A DNA stretch of 64,000 nucleotides from Candidatus Parcubacteria bacterium (GTDB lineage Bacteria; Patescibacteriota; Minisyncoccia; Phycocordibacterales; CAIZLB01): positions 106 through 64,105 of the forward strand of contig JAYUPL010000007.1 of assembly GCA_043760135.1 (NCBI GenBank), written 5' to 3'. Each line of letters starts with the position of its first letter. Position 1 is the stretch's first letter. Positions 11,225-23,459 of this stretch are shown in pieces. The position numbers were made by a program, and so were the translations under genes. The notes under the pieces are model-generated. The model saw only the letters and a list, made by a program, of their open reading frames with translations, searched no databases and was not told the DNA's origin.

Positions 11225-13000
11225 ATGCAAACATCATTAGAACATAAAAGACATTCCTTGGCGCATGTATTAGCTGGAGCCATATTAAAATTATATCCAG
11301 ATGCTTTGATGACGATTGGTCCTGCTGTTGAAAATGGTTTTTATTATGATATTGATTTTCCAAGCGGATCACCAAAAGAGGAAGACTTTGAGAAAATTCA
11401 AAATGAGATGAAAAATGTTTTAAAAGCCTGGTCAACTTCAGAGCAGAGTTTTGTTCAACAAAAAGTTTCTAAAGAAGAGGCAGAAACTATTTTCAAAAAT
11501 AATTCATACAAGTTGGAACTGATCCAAGGTGTTGTTGATCGAGGTGAAGAAATAACTTTGTATGTTTCTGGGAAAGGTACAGAGTACGAATTTACTGATC
11601 TTTGTCGTGGGGGACATGTTGAGAACACAAAAGAGATTGATGAAGGTTCTTTTGCACTAGATAAGATTGCTGGAGCGTACTGGAGAGGTGATGAGAAAAA
11701 TAAGATGCTTGTGCGAATCTATGGACTTGCATTCGAAACAAAAGAAGAGTTGGATTTATTTATTCATAATAGAGAAGAGGCGAAGAAGAGGGATCATAGA
11801 AAATTAGGAAAGGAATTGAAGCTGTTTACTATTTCAGATTTAGTTGGTTCTGGGCTTCCTTTGTTTCAACCAAAGGGTGCCGTCTTGAGAGTGGAGCTAG
11901 AAAAATACTTGTGGTCAATGCATAAAGATAAGGGTTATCAAAGAGTTTGGACGCCACATCTAGCTAAAGCACAACTGTATGAAATATCAGGTCATGGACA
12001 ACATTACCTTGATGATATGTTTGCAGTGCATGGAGGAACTTCAAAAGAAGATTTTTATTTGAAGCCAATGAATTGTCCTCATCACTACCAATTATTTTTG
12101 GATAATCAATTCTCATATAGGGATATGCCAATCAAATATTTTGAACCGGCAACAATCTATCGTGATGAAAAAACAGGACAATTAGCAGGTCTAACTCGTG
12201 TTCGTTCAATCACTCAAGATGATGGGCATTTATTTTGTCGTTCAACTCAAATCAAGGAAGAGGTAAATATTATTGTAGACATTATCAAGCAATTCTATAC
12301 AACTATGAATATGATTGATGGGTATTGGGTACGACTTTCAACTCGAGGTGATGATAAGGATGTGTATCTTGGGTCTGATGAAGTGTGGGAGACTGCTGAA
12401 AGTGCGTTGAAGGATATTTGTAACGAAAATAATTTACCATACAAAGAGGGTAAAAATGAGGCAGCTTTTTATGGTCCAAAACTGGACTTTATGTTTAAGG
12501 ATGCGATTGGAAGAGAATGGCAATTGGCAACAATCCAGCTTGATTTCAATGCACCAGAAAGATTCAATCTTTCTTTTGTAAATGAAAAAGGTGAAGATGA
12601 AAGACCTGTGGTTATTCACCGTGCCATCTCTGGATCAATAGAAAGATTCTTAGGTGTTGCTATTGAGCACTTTGCTGGAGCGTTTCCGCTATGGCTTTCA
12701 CCTGTTCAATTAAAAATTGTTCCAATCGGTGAAAGACAAATAGACTTTGCACATGATTTATTTAAGAAAATAATGAAGACTGATATAAGAGTTGAGATCG
12801 ATCAAAGTAGTGAAGGACTTGGTAAAAAAGTTCGTGCATCTAAAGTTGAGAAAATTCCATACCTAGTTGTGGTAGGAGATAAAGAAATGGAATCAAATAC
12901 ATTTTCTCTTGAAGGAAGAAATGATGAGAAGATTACAGGGTTAAGTTATGATGACATGGTTAAGTTTTTACAAGATAAAATAGACAGTAAGGCTCTATAA
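11225..13000 (+). CDS. thrS: threonine--tRNA ligase
   Basis: RHSLAHVLA, DLCRGGH, KPMNCPHH, YGPKLDF, IHRA. Confidence 0.97.
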   Translation: MQTSLEHKRHSLAHVLAGAILKLYPDALMTIGPAVENGFYYDIDFPSGSPKEEDFEKIQNEMKNVLKAWSTSEQSFVQQKVSKEEAETIFKNNSYKLELIQGVVDRGEEITLYVSGKGTEYEFTDLCRGGHVENTKEIDEGSFALDKIAGAYWRGDEKNKMLVRIYGLAFETKEELDLFIHNREEAKKRDHRKLGKELKLFTISDLVGSGLPLFQPKGAVLRVELEKYLWSMHKDKGYQRVWTPHLAKAQLYEISGHGQHYLDDMFAVHGGTSKEDFYLKPMNCPHHYQLFLDNQFSYRDMPIKYFEPATIYRDEKTGQLAGLTRVRSITQDDGHLFCRSTQIKEEVNIIVDIIKQFYTTMNMIDGYWVRLSTRGDDKDVYLGSDEVWETAESALKDICNENNLPYKEGKNEAAFYGPKLDFMFKDAIGREWQLATIQLDFNAPERFNLSFVNEKGEDERPVVIHRAISGSIERFLGVAIEHFAGAFPLWLSPVQLKIVPIGERQIDFAHDLFKKIMKTDIRVEIDQSSEGLGKKVRASKVEKIPYLVVVGDKEMESNTFSLEGRNDEKITGLSYDDMVKFLQDKIDSKAL

Positions 13001-13050
13001 AAAAAAGACAGCCCGCCGAGAGATCGACAGGTGTTTTGATTGTGTTGAGG

Positions 13051-13218
13051 TTAATCGATGCCTACAGCTAGTTGCAGCCTGTCGACTTCTATTTTGGCCT
13101 CTTCGAGGGAAATGTTTTCCGGATCGATTCCTTCGATCTCGAGCATGGTAAGTCCTGTTGAATTGATTCTCAATTTTTGAACATAGGACTCGAATTCTCC
13201 AATTTCGTTGTGATTCAT
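13051..13218 (-). CDS. small acidic hypothetical protein (55 aa, MNHNEIGEFESY...), not in ORF track
   Basis: hand-translated; followed by hairpin plus U-tract at about 13035-12998. Confidence 0.55.
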   Translation of the reverse strand: MNHNEIGEFESYVQKLRINSTGLTMLEIEGIDPENISLEEAKIEVDRLQLAVGID

Positions 13219-13305
13219 GATGGCGGTATTGATTAGTGGTATTACAGTACAGCATCAAAATACCATCATCATAAACAAAATACAATATGATATAATATCC
13301 TAACC

Positions 13306-13980
13306 ATGAAAACTTATACCATAGTCGGCAAGGATTCAAATCCTGTAGATAAAATCTTCCGAGAAAAAGGATATATTAGAAATGATGAAAATCCTGATTT
13401 TGTCATATCGTATGGAGGGGACGGTACGCTCTTAAAAAGTGAGCATCTCTATCCTGGTATTCCAAAATTATTTTTACGAAATAGTTTGATCGGTAATCTT
13501 GGATTTAAAGAAACCAATGAAGAAGTTCTGGAAAAGTTTTTTGCAGATGAACTTACAATAAAAAAATATTTCAAAATCGAAGCACAAATCAAAAATAAAA
13601 AAATAGTAGCAGTAAACGAATTTTCTCTGAAAAACACAAATCCAAGAAATAGTATACGATTTGATGTATGTGTAAATGATGAAAAGATCCTACATCGCAT
13701 TGTGGGGGATGGTTTGATTGCTGCAACTCCTATTGGATCAACTGGATATTATCGATCCATTACTCGCTCTACATTTGAGCTGGGGATCGGTATAGCATTT
13801 AATAATACAACTGAGCACTATAACCACATGGTTTTGAAAGAAGACTCTGTTATTAAGGTTGTGATATTGCGAGGTCCAGCTTTTTGTTATGTTGATAATC
13901 ATGATGAGGAAACTGTTCTTGAAGTAGATGATGAAATAGTGATACGAAAATCAGATCAGTTTTTGCAGATGTTTGCATAA
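13306..13980 (+). CDS. nadK: NAD kinase
   Basis: GGDGT, NE, GDGLIAATPIGSTGY. Confidence 0.9.
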   Translation: MKTYTIVGKDSNPVDKIFREKGYIRNDENPDFVISYGGDGTLLKSEHLYPGIPKLFLRNSLIGNLGFKETNEEVLEKFFADELTIKKYFKIEAQIKNKKIVAVNEFSLKNTNPRNSIRFDVCVNDEKILHRIVGDGLIAATPIGSTGYYRSITRSTFELGIGIAFNNTTEHYNHMVLKEDSVIKVVILRGPAFCYVDNHDEETVLEVDDEIVIRKSDQFLQMFA

Positions 13981-14024
13981 ATAAGTCAATAAACTCCAGT
14001 TGACAACTATGTTATACTACAAAT

Positions 14025-16715
14025 ATGCCCCCATTGAACAACTTTACAACACGTGCCAAAGAGGCTATACGTCGTGCACATGAACTTGCTATAGAACGTG
14101 GACAAACCAACGTTTCGCCTATGCATTTATTGGTTTCTTTGCTGACTCAGGAAGATTCTGTGGTTATTTCTATGCTTGAAAAACTCGATGTAGACTATAT
14201 ATTGATGACTGACAATGCCTTTGAAGCAATAGATAGTGATTCTTCTATCTCAAATACTCTTTCACCTGCCTATCAATTATTCTTAACTCCTGAGCTCATC
14301 ATTCTTATGGAAAATTCTGGAAAAGTAGCTGTTGAGGTAAAAGATAATTTTGTTTCAGTAGAGCACTTATTTATTGCATTTTTTGATACATTAAACCCAG
14401 CCAGAGAATTGATAGAAAAATTTAAAATTGATAAAGAAAAATGTGTATCAACTTTGGAATTTTTAAGATCTCAAAAAGATGTGAAAGGTGCCGAAGGTAC
14501 AAGTGAAGCTAAAAAATCAAAAGCACTTGCTAAATTTACAAGAAACTTAACTGCCCTTGCTCGCGATAATAAACTTGATCCAGTGATTGGTCGTGATTCT
14601 GAGATTGCGCGTGTTATTCAAATTCTCTCAAGAAGAACAAAAAATAATCCAATTCTACTTGGTGAAGCGGGAGTTGGTAAGACTGCAATTGTTGAAGGGT
14701 TGGCAAATCGCATTGCACTTGGTGATGTTCCGGAATCTTTGAAAAACAAAGAACTGCTTTCGCTTGATATGGGATCACTTGTTGCGGGCACAAAGTATCG
14801 TGGAGAGTTTGAGGACAGATTAAAAAATATTTTAAAAGAAATAGATAAGTCAGATGGAAAAGTTATTCTATTTATGGATGAGACTCACACTATTGTAGGG
14901 GCTGGAGGTGCTGAGGGGTCACTTGATGCTTCAAATATGTTGAAACCTGCGTTGGCTCGCGGTGAGTTGAAAGCAATTGGTGCGACGACTTTAAGAGAAT
15001 ATCAGAAACATATTGAAAAAGACCCTGCACTGCAAAGACGTTTTCAACCTGTATATGTTGAAGAGCCGTCCATTGAAGATGCTACTGCTATATTAAGAGG
15101 GTTAAAAGAAAAATATGAATTATTCCACGGTGTTCGCATCCTTGATGAAGCAATTGTTGCTGCGGTAACACTATCATCTCGCTACATTTCAGATAGACAA
15201 TTGCCAGATAAGGCTGTTGATCTTATTGATGAGGCTGCATCAACTTTGAAGATTTCTCTTGAAAATAAACCTCAAGTAATAGAAGAGGCTCACAGAAAGA
15301 TCTTGCGTCTTGAGATAGAAAAACAAGCACTCTCAAAAGATCCTGCTAATAAAGATATAAAAGACCGTATTAAAAATATTGAAAACAGTATAAAAGAAAT
15401 AAAAGATTCTATATCTGATGTTGAAGGTAAGTGGAATGTTGAAAAAGAGTTGATCACAGCAATCAAAGATTTAAAGAAAAATATTGAGTCACTTACTCAA
15501 GAATCAATCAAGGCTGAGGCTAAAGCTGACCTGGTGAAAGCGGCAGAGATTCGTTATGGAAAATTACCAATCATGGAAGCGGACTTGGAAAATAAAATCA
15601 AAAAACTTCGCAAGCTTGATACAACAAAAAGAATCCTAAAAGAGGAGATCAATGAGGCTGATATTGCCGCTGTTGTTTCTTCGTGGACCGGTATACCAGT
15701 ATCTCGCATGCTTGAAGAGGAGATGAAAAAACTTTCTCGTCTGGAAGAAGTGTTGAAGTCACAAGTGATAGGACAAGATGAAGCAGTTAAGAAAATATCA
15801 GATACGATCAAAAGATCTCGCGCCGGTATCCATGATCCATCACGTCCACTTGGTTCATTTATATTCCTGGGTCCAACTGGTGTAGGTAAAACTGAGCTTA
15901 CAAAGTCGTTGGCTAAGTTTATGTTCAATGATGACAAAGCCTTGATTCGTGTTGACATGTCAGAGTTTGCTGAGCGTCACACTGTTTCAAAATTGATCGG
16001 TGCACCACCAGGATATGTTGGGCACGAGGATTCAGGAACACTGATCGATAAAGTTAAACATCGTCCGTATTCAGTTATATTATTTGATGAGATTGAAAAA
16101 GCTCACCCTGAGATATTTAACATCTTGTTGCAAGTGTTGGATAACGGTCATTTAACAGATTCAAAAGGTAAGACCGTAAACTTTAAGAATACTATTATTA
16201 TCATGACATCAAATATTGGTGCTCAATATATAGATAGAATGCAAGGTATTGGATTTGCTTCATCAAATGATGATCAGGATATTTATGCAGGTATAAAAGA
16301 AAAAGTTATGTCATCATTGAAAGATTATTTTAAACCAGAGTTTTTGAATCGTCTTGATGAGATTATATTGTTCGATGTGTTGTCACATGAATCTATTAGA
16401 AAAATTGTTGATATTGAAGTTAATAAGGTCCAAGCAAGATTGCTTGAAAAAGATATTCATCTTATGTTTAGGGATGGAGTGTATGAATTATTAGCAAAGG
16501 AAGGATATAGTCCACAATACGGTGCTCGACCTTTGAGACGCCTTATTCAGTCTAAGGTTTTGACACCTTTGGCATCGATGATGATTGATAAAGGCTTGGT
16601 TGGAAATAGACAAGTTGTGATTGATGTTGATAAGAAAGGTGAATTGAGTTTTGAGGACAAACCTTTACAAGTTGCTGGGATGAAGATGAAGAGGACTAAA
16701 GTTGAGAAAAAGTAG
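14025..16715 (+). CDS. clpB: ClpB chaperone
   Basis: two AAA+ modules ([16 protein letters not shown]), long coiled-coil middle domain. Confidence 0.92.
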   Translation: MPPLNNFTTRAKEAIRRAHELAIERGQTNVSPMHLLVSLLTQEDSVVISMLEKLDVDYILMTDNAFEAIDSDSSISNTLSPAYQLFLTPELIILMENSGKVAVEVKDNFVSVEHLFIAFFDTLNPARELIEKFKIDKEKCVSTLEFLRSQKDVKGAEGTSEAKKSKALAKFTRNLTALARDNKLDPVIGRDSEIARVIQILSRRTKNNPILLGEAGVGKTAIVEGLANRIALGDVPESLKNKELLSLDMGSLVAGTKYRGEFEDRLKNILKEIDKSDGKVILFMDETHTIVGAGGAEGSLDASNMLKPALARGELKAIGATTLREYQKHIEKDPALQRRFQPVYVEEPSIEDATAILRGLKEKYELFHGVRILDEAIVAAVTLSSRYISDRQLPDKAVDLIDEAASTLKISLENKPQVIEEAHRKILRLEIEKQALSKDPANKDIKDRIKNIENSIKEIKDSISDVEGKWNVEKELITAIKDLKKNIESLTQESIKAEAKADLVKAAEIRYGKLPIMEADLENKIKKLRKLDTTKRILKEEINEADIAAVVSSWTGIPVSRMLEEEMKKLSRLEEVLKSQVIGQDEAVKKISDTIKRSRAGIHDPSRPLGSFIFLGPTGVGKTELTKSLAKFMFNDDKALIRVDMSEFAERHTVSKLIGAPPGYVGHEDSGTLIDKVKHRPYSVILFDEIEKAHPEIFNILLQVLDNGHLTDSKGKTVNFKNTIIIMTSNIGAQYIDRMQGIGFASSNDDQDIYAGIKEKVMSSLKDYFKPEFLNRLDEIILFDVLSHESIRKIVDIEVNKVQARLLEKDIHLMFRDGVYELLAKEGYSPQYGARPLRRLIQSKVLTPLASMMIDKGLVGNRQVVIDVDKKGELSFEDKPLQVAGMKMKRTKVEKK

Positions 16716-16761
16716 ATTATAGTGTATATTCATATATATTGTCGTAAGACGATATATATGA

Positions 16762-16847
16762 GCGCAGATGGCGGAGTGGTCAATCGCATCTGACTGTAAA
16801 TCAGACGCCTTCGGGCTACGTAGGTTCAAATCCTACTCTGCGCACCA
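16762..16847 (+). tRNA. tRNA-Tyr(GTA)
   Basis: cloverleaf, variable arm, encoded CCA. Confidence 0.96.
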
Positions 16848-16873
16848 AATTAATAAATAAATTTGAAAATAAT

Positions 16874-17038
16874 ATGCCACAAAAGAAAATAGTTAAACTA
16901 AGACACAAAAAATCAGGACACGTTATCATAATGAGAAAATCTGGAAAACCAGGTTCTTCTACTATGCCAAAACTTAAACTGAAAAAGTATAATAAAGTTA
17001 CAAGAAAGAGAGAAGTTTTCGAGGAAGCGAAGAGATAA
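16874..17038 (+). CDS. rpmG: 50S ribosomal protein L33
   Basis: 54 aa MPQKKIVKL...KLKLKKYNKVTRKREVFEE (hand-translated). Confidence 0.88.
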   Translation: MPQKKIVKLRHKKSGHVIIMRKSGKPGSSTMPKLKLKKYNKVTRKREVFEEAKR

Positions 17039-17117
17039 TCTCTTATTGCTATTAATTAAATTGGGTCCCGAAAGGGTCTTTTTTAATTTGCATAATCCAT
17101 GCTAGTATATGTCTCAA

Positions 17118-17189
17118 GGGTCCATAGTTTCAATGGTAAAACATCGCACTCCAAACGCGAGGTTCTAGGTTCGAGTCCTAGTGGGCCCG
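17118..17189 (+). tRNA. tRNA-Trp(CCA)
   Basis: cloverleaf, anticodon CCA. Confidence 0.95.
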
Positions 17190-17234
17190 CAAATGTTACA
17201 ATACTCTCGAGTTAAAAAATGCGGAGCATTTTTA

Positions 17235-17320
17235 GGACTCGAAAAGCTTTGCTATATTTTTGAGAACTCGGAGAGTTTGAAAAAATAGCAAAGGTGTACT
17301 GAACCTGTAAGGTTCGACTC
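17235..17320. repeat. dispersed structured repeat, copy 1 (copy 2 at 63377..63461)
   Basis: TCGAAAAGCTTTGC..hairpin..AAAGGTGTACTGA..hairpin..TCGA shared between copies. Confidence 0.75.
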
Positions 17321-17359
17321 TAAACACAACACTCTATTTCTATGGTATAATACATATCT

Positions 17360-18301
17360 ATGACAATACTCATCCTTATCATCATCTTCCTCCTCGGAAC
17401 AATCATCGGAAGTTTCCTTAACGTAGTAATATTTCGCCTCAACACAAATCTGAGTATTAGCCGTGGCCGCTCAAAGTGCTTTTCATGCGGTAGGGAACTG
17501 GAACCTAAAGATTTGATCCCTGTATTTTCATTTTTAATGTTCAAAGGACGATGTCGAACTTGTAAGTCTAAAATTTCTTGGCAATATCCACTTGTAGAAT
17601 TGGCAACTGGTATTATGTTTGTTCTCGTTACATATTCTTATTTTTTCAGTAATACAATTTTCATTGGAAACAATATTTTTAATAAAGGATTGGTGTTACA
17701 GGCATTCACACAGATGGCATATATAAAATATGTTTTCTATATAATGGATTTAGCTGTTGTATCACTTCTTATGTGTATCTTTGTGTATGATTTCAGACAC
17801 AAAATTATCCCTGATAAACTAGTATATTCTGGTGCGGTTTTGATGTTTACAAAAGCCCTTATCTCGATATTTATTTTTAAGGCGAGTGCGATGACTGTTG
17901 TGTGGGTGTTGTTAGCTGGACCAATAGTTGCTATACCTTTTGCATTGTTTTGGGTGGTGTCAGGTGGAAGATGGATGGGGTTGGGAGATGCAAAGCTTGC
18001 TCTTATTGTGGGTTGGGGATTAGGTTTGGGGTATGGATATACTGCGCTCATGTATTCATTTTGGATAGGAGCTATTGTTATTATTGGTCTTATGCTAACC
18101 AGAGAGATGCTCGATGCATTTTCAACTCATAATAATGCACTTGGTTTTAAAATAAAATTTTTACATAATAAAAAGCTAGAATATTTTAGAAACAAGCTAC
18201 CATCTTACAAATTAAGGTCAGAAATACCATTCGGACCCTTTATGATTGTGGCTTTTTATATGATCTATTTCCTAGGCAGGAATCTTCTGTGGTGGATATA
18301 A
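17360..18301 (+). CDS. pilD: prepilin peptidase
   Basis: GSFLNVVIFRL, two CxxC motifs, MGLGDAKL, IPFGPF. Confidence 0.93.
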   Translation: MTILILIIIFLLGTIIGSFLNVVIFRLNTNLSISRGRSKCFSCGRELEPKDLIPVFSFLMFKGRCRTCKSKISWQYPLVELATGIMFVLVTYSYFFSNTIFIGNNIFNKGLVLQAFTQMAYIKYVFYIMDLAVVSLLMCIFVYDFRHKIIPDKLVYSGAVLMFTKALISIFIFKASAMTVVWVLLAGPIVAIPFALFWVVSGGRWMGLGDAKLALIVGWGLGLGYGYTALMYSFWIGAIVIIGLMLTREMLDAFSTHNNALGFKIKFLHNKKLEYFRNKLPSYKLRSEIPFGPFMIVAFYMIYFLGRNLLWWI

Positions 18302-18628
18302 AGCCTTTGGTTTTCACGTTGGTTTATAAGGGGTTTTTTGACTTTTCCTAAATTTGCTTGTCCTTTATGAACATATTTGAATAATCCCCATATAATCGCT
18401 TGACTTTGTTTATGTTTCGTATATAATAGACACCCATACGGAATAGAAATATAACTCTCGAATCCTTGATGGATTCAAGAAAAATTTCTAAAGAAATATA
18501 CTTTGAAAATAGAATAAAGATATACATACATCACAATAGATATGTAAGAACATTGTATTGATTTTGTACAATGAGCAAGAATTAATTTTAAAATTAATCA
18601 AATCCTTTCTTTTGTTCTGTTTGAGTTT

Positions 18629-20148
<1,520 letters not shown>

Positions 20149-20532
20149 GTGAAAACTGTCTATGTCACCTGATTTATCAGGTTGCATCAGATTTATAACG
20201 GTCGTTACTGATCTTTTAAGCAATTAAAATTTCAACAGTTCTTATATGCTGTCGTTCATATAAGCGAAGAAGTTCGTAAAACTTTGACATATCGGAAAGA
20301 CGGTGACTCAAACAGAACAAAAGAATTTGTTTGATTAGGTTTAGGTTAATTCAAGCGTTTCTATATTGTGATTTTGTAAAAATTATGTAATACTCAGTAC
20401 ATGATATTTTTTCCGTATGGACGGAATGGAATATTGTTTCGCTTAACTTCGCTTATGAGTTGAGCGAACGAGTCGACCCTGCCGGGAAGCTTTGCTTCCG
20501 AGGACTTCTCGACGAGAGAACAAAACAAATAA

Positions 20533-20608
20533 GCGCGCGTAGCTCAGTTGGTAGAGCGCTCGACTGATACTCGAAAGGTCCTTGGTTCAACTCCAAGCGC
20601 GCGCACCA
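20533..20608 (+). tRNA. tRNA-Ile(GAT)
   Basis: cloverleaf, anticodon GAT, encoded CCA. Confidence 0.96.
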
Positions 20609-20692
20609 CAAGGGTAATTCTATAATTCTAAAGAATTATATGTCGCACAAAAGGCACTTCTATTTTGATAAATCAAAATATGTCGCGCACCA
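20600..20692 (+). repeat. tandem hairpin units bounded by copies of the tRNA-Ile 3' end
   Basis: two units of about 40 nt (ttct-stem-aa-stem-atgtcgc); ends in cgcgcacca. Confidence 0.65.
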
Positions 20693-20699
20693 GTAAAAA

Positions 20700-20735
20700 T
20701 AAAAATAAATCTCCGAAAGGGGATTTATTTTTTTA
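20700..20735 (+). terminator. intrinsic terminator of 16S-tRNA-Ile transcript
   Basis: aaataaatctcc-gaaa-ggggatttattt plus U-tract. Confidence 0.85.
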
Positions 20736-20771
20736 TTTGACATCAAAACCCTACCTCTGATATACTTCAAT

Positions 20772-20875
20772 CATCGGAAGCAACTCCTTATACAGGCAAG
20801 TCTGTATCGGGAATTTCCTTAGAATTGGAAGCAACCCCTTGTATAGTTTCGTCTGTATCGGGGATTTCCCTTGTA
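20772..20875 (+). ncRNA. convergent sRNA of two 51-nt-period hairpin repeats, antisense to NYN 3' end
   Basis: TTGACA 20737-20742, TG-n-TATACT 20761-20766; units 20776-20818 and 20827-20869. Confidence 0.65.
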
Positions 20876-21346
20876 TTAAGAAGGTCTATGATGTCAGACA
20901 TGTATATTATTTCTAAATACAGCCGATCTTTAAACATCATCGATGTATTCTTAGGATGAACACTAAAGCATCTCAATATTTCTAGTTTAGATTTTGCATA
21001 ATCGAGTAATGATGTAAAATCACCATCACCTGAAGTGAGGTACGATAGCCTGAACTTTATTTTTTTCTATATCAAGGGTAATTTTGTGAGCTATCTCAAC
21101 GTCACAATTGGCCTTTATTTTATTCTTTTCTCTATAGCTTTGTTTAAAAACAATTTCTACATCATTTTCATACAAACCTACATATAATTGCTCATGTTCT
21201 TCAAACCGAGCGGTGAAATATATTATTTTATCAGCTCTGTATTTATTTTTAAGATAAATAATTAATTCGACCATATCAAAATTCAGTCCTTGATCTCGAG
21301 CACTCAGTATAATATTGGCAGCGTCTATGTATATATTTGTTTTCAT
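20788..21346 (-). pseudogene. NYN-domain (PIN-like) ribonuclease with +1 frameshift at about 21040
   Basis: IYIDAAN, KANCDVEI; removing one C restores VLTSGDGDF and joins ORF 20788..20976. Confidence 0.85.
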
Positions 21347-21355
21347 AATCAGGTA

Positions 21356-21413
21356 ATTTTAACGTAGAGGGGTTAAAGTAAATTAAAAGAAATGATAAAG
21401 AAATTCTAAACTT
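21356..21413 (-). promoter_or_regulatory. 11-bp phased repeat array plus -10 (TAAAAT)
   Basis: cores at 21411, 21400, 21389, 21378; -10 at 21361-21356. Confidence 0.7.
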
Positions 21414-21434
21414 TTTCATGATATAATATTTCAC

Positions 21435-22430
21435 ATGAACATGCTTAATCCGAAAATTTTTTCACCTATTGCAGAAATAGAACAAACTCCAATCCGAAAA
21501 GGTTTCGGTGAAGGTTTGCTTTTGGCTGGTGAGAAAAATAAAAACATAGTCGGACTGTGTGCGGACCTAACCGAATCTACTCAGATGAATCTTTTCAGAG
21601 ATCGTTTCCCGGACCGTTTTATCGAGATAGGGGTAGCTGAGCAAAACCTTGCCTCTGTGGCCTCTGGTATGGCTGCTATGGGCAAGATTCCTGCCATGAC
21701 ATCATATGCCATGTTCTCACCTGGACGTAACTGGGAGCAGATTAGAACGACTATTTGTTATAACGATAGGAAAGTGATCATCGCTGGTTCGCATGCTGGT
21801 ATATCAGTTGGACCTGATGGTGGAACACATCAGGCTATTGAGGATTTGGCTTTAACTCGGATTATACCAAACATGACGGTTATCTCACCGTGCGATGTTA
21901 TTGAGGCACGTAAGGCGACTATAGCGGCATTTGAAAATACCCAAAAAACACCAGTATATATCCGCCTTGCTCGCGAAAAAACACCAATCATAACAACCGA
22001 AGAAGCGCCATTTGTGATAGGGAAGGCAAATGTGTTGTATGAGTCAAGTTTTGATGTCAATATTGACATACGATTTGACACTCTCATATGTGCAACAGGT
22101 GCATTGGTATACAATGCACTCTTAGCTGCAAAAGAATTGGAATCAAAACATGGTCAAAAAGTCGCGGTTATTAATTTTCATACAATAAAACCACTCGACA
22201 CAGAAACACTTTTTTCATATGTTGAAAAATCAGAAAAAATAGTTACAGTCGAAGAGCATCAGATTGCTGGAGGATTTGGGTCTGCAATATGTGAGGTGGT
22301 GTCAGAAAAATATGCCAAGATTATTCATCGTATCGGAGTAAAAGATCAGTTCGGACAATCAGGAACGCCGGCCGAGCTTATCAAGTTTTATAAGATGGAT
22401 GTTGCGGATATTGTTAAAGTTAGTATATAA
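21435..22430 (+). CDS. transketolase, C-terminal (pyrimidine-binding) subunit
   Basis: GVAEQN, GPDGGTHQ, TVEEH. Confidence 0.92.
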   Translation: MNMLNPKIFSPIAEIEQTPIRKGFGEGLLLAGEKNKNIVGLCADLTESTQMNLFRDRFPDRFIEIGVAEQNLASVASGMAAMGKIPAMTSYAMFSPGRNWEQIRTTICYNDRKVIIAGSHAGISVGPDGGTHQAIEDLALTRIIPNMTVISPCDVIEARKATIAAFENTQKTPVYIRLAREKTPIITTEEAPFVIGKANVLYESSFDVNIDIRFDTLICATGALVYNALLAAKELESKHGQKVAVINFHTIKPLDTETLFSYVEKSEKIVTVEEHQIAGGFGSAICEVVSEKYAKIIHRIGVKDQFGQSGTPAELIKFYKMDVADIVKVSI

Positions 22431-22431
22431 T

Positions 22432-22767
22432 ATGTTTATGTTAACAGAAGATAGTATATCATTTGATGAAAATAAATATAAAATAAAATCAAGAGTTATA
22501 TTTGGGCAAGCTGAGGTGCCTAAGATGATAACTTTTTTAACAACTAAGGGTATAGTTAAAAATGAGAAACAGGCAAAAATGGTTTTGCTTGGTGCTACTA
22601 CATGTTTTTTCATAGCTTCTATTGTTGTGTTTATGGTGTATGTGTTGGATGTACGTATAGGTGGACAGTCAGGTGGTATTACGCCGGAGCAATTGCAGGA
22701 AAATATAGATAGATTTCAACAGATTATTAACAATGGTAAGAATGCAAATACTCAAACTAATCAATAA
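22432..22767 (+). CDS. small membrane protein, paralog of 5144..5434
   Basis: shared motif plus TM helix; precedes pilin; start may be 22432 or 22438. Confidence 0.75.
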   Translation: MFMLTEDSISFDENKYKIKSRVIFGQAEVPKMITFLTTKGIVKNEKQAKMVLLGATTCFFIASIVVFMVYVLDVRIGGQSGGITPEQLQENIDRFQQIINNGKNANTQTNQ

Positions 22768-22770
22768 TAT

Positions 22771-23400
22771 ATGAAAAAAATATATAAAAAAGGGTTTACT
22801 CTTATAGAACTATTAGTTGTTATATCTATCATTTCACTTTTGTCTAGTGTTGTGCTTGCGTCGGTGTATACAGGTAGAGAAAAGGCTGTTTTGACTAAAA
22901 CTGTGGCTGAGATGAAGTCGCTGCAGACGGCTGTGGAGTTGTATAGAAATCAGTTTGGGGTTTATCCGGGGGTTACTAATATATTATATTCAGATGCCAG
23001 AACAAGTCCTACCCCTGCAAATTGGAGTACTTGGAACTATATGTCCCCAGCAACAGTTTCATTAAATGATTTGCAAAATACGTATTTGATTTCAAATAAT
23101 TTGCTAGCAAAACCTGTTCTTGCGCCAACATATCTCGAATCTTGTGATACTGGGTGTTATAATAAAGGTTATGAATTGTTATATGTTATACCAAATCCTA
23201 CAACATATAGTTTTGTATTCAGTTGTGGAGGTGTTCCTGTGAATAACTATATAATATTTTTATTAGCCAATACTAAAAAATTAAACTTACCTCTAGCTTC
23301 TGTTTCACCTTTTCCTGGTGCCACTTGGAATGCTGGTTCAGTAAGTGCAGGTACAGGTGGTCCAAATACCCCCCCCTACACCTACTGCCTATCCATGTAA
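22771..23400 (+). CDS. type IV pilin / pseudopilin
   Basis: KKGFTLIELLVVISII. Confidence 0.92.
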   Translation: MKKIYKKGFTLIELLVVISIISLLSSVVLASVYTGREKAVLTKTVAEMKSLQTAVELYRNQFGVYPGVTNILYSDARTSPTPANWSTWNYMSPATVSLNDLQNTYLISNNLLAKPVLAPTYLESCDTGCYNKGYELLYVIPNPTTYSFVFSCGGVPVNNYIIFLLANTKKLNLPLASVSPFPGATWNAGSVSAGTGGPNTPPYTYCLSM

Positions 23401-23459
23401 TCACTCCAACAAAAAATCCTCTTCATCGAGGATTTTTTCATTTTTCATTTTCTATTTTT

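Noticed and set aside
12995-13339. 114-aa minus-strand ORF
   Set aside because: Overlaps nadK and runs through a terminator; the 55-aa frame 13051..13218 is more plausible.
17235-17320. Hammerhead ribozyme reading of the repeat (GAAA and CTGA present)
   Set aside because: No CUGANGA core and no correctly placed stems or NUH cleavage site.
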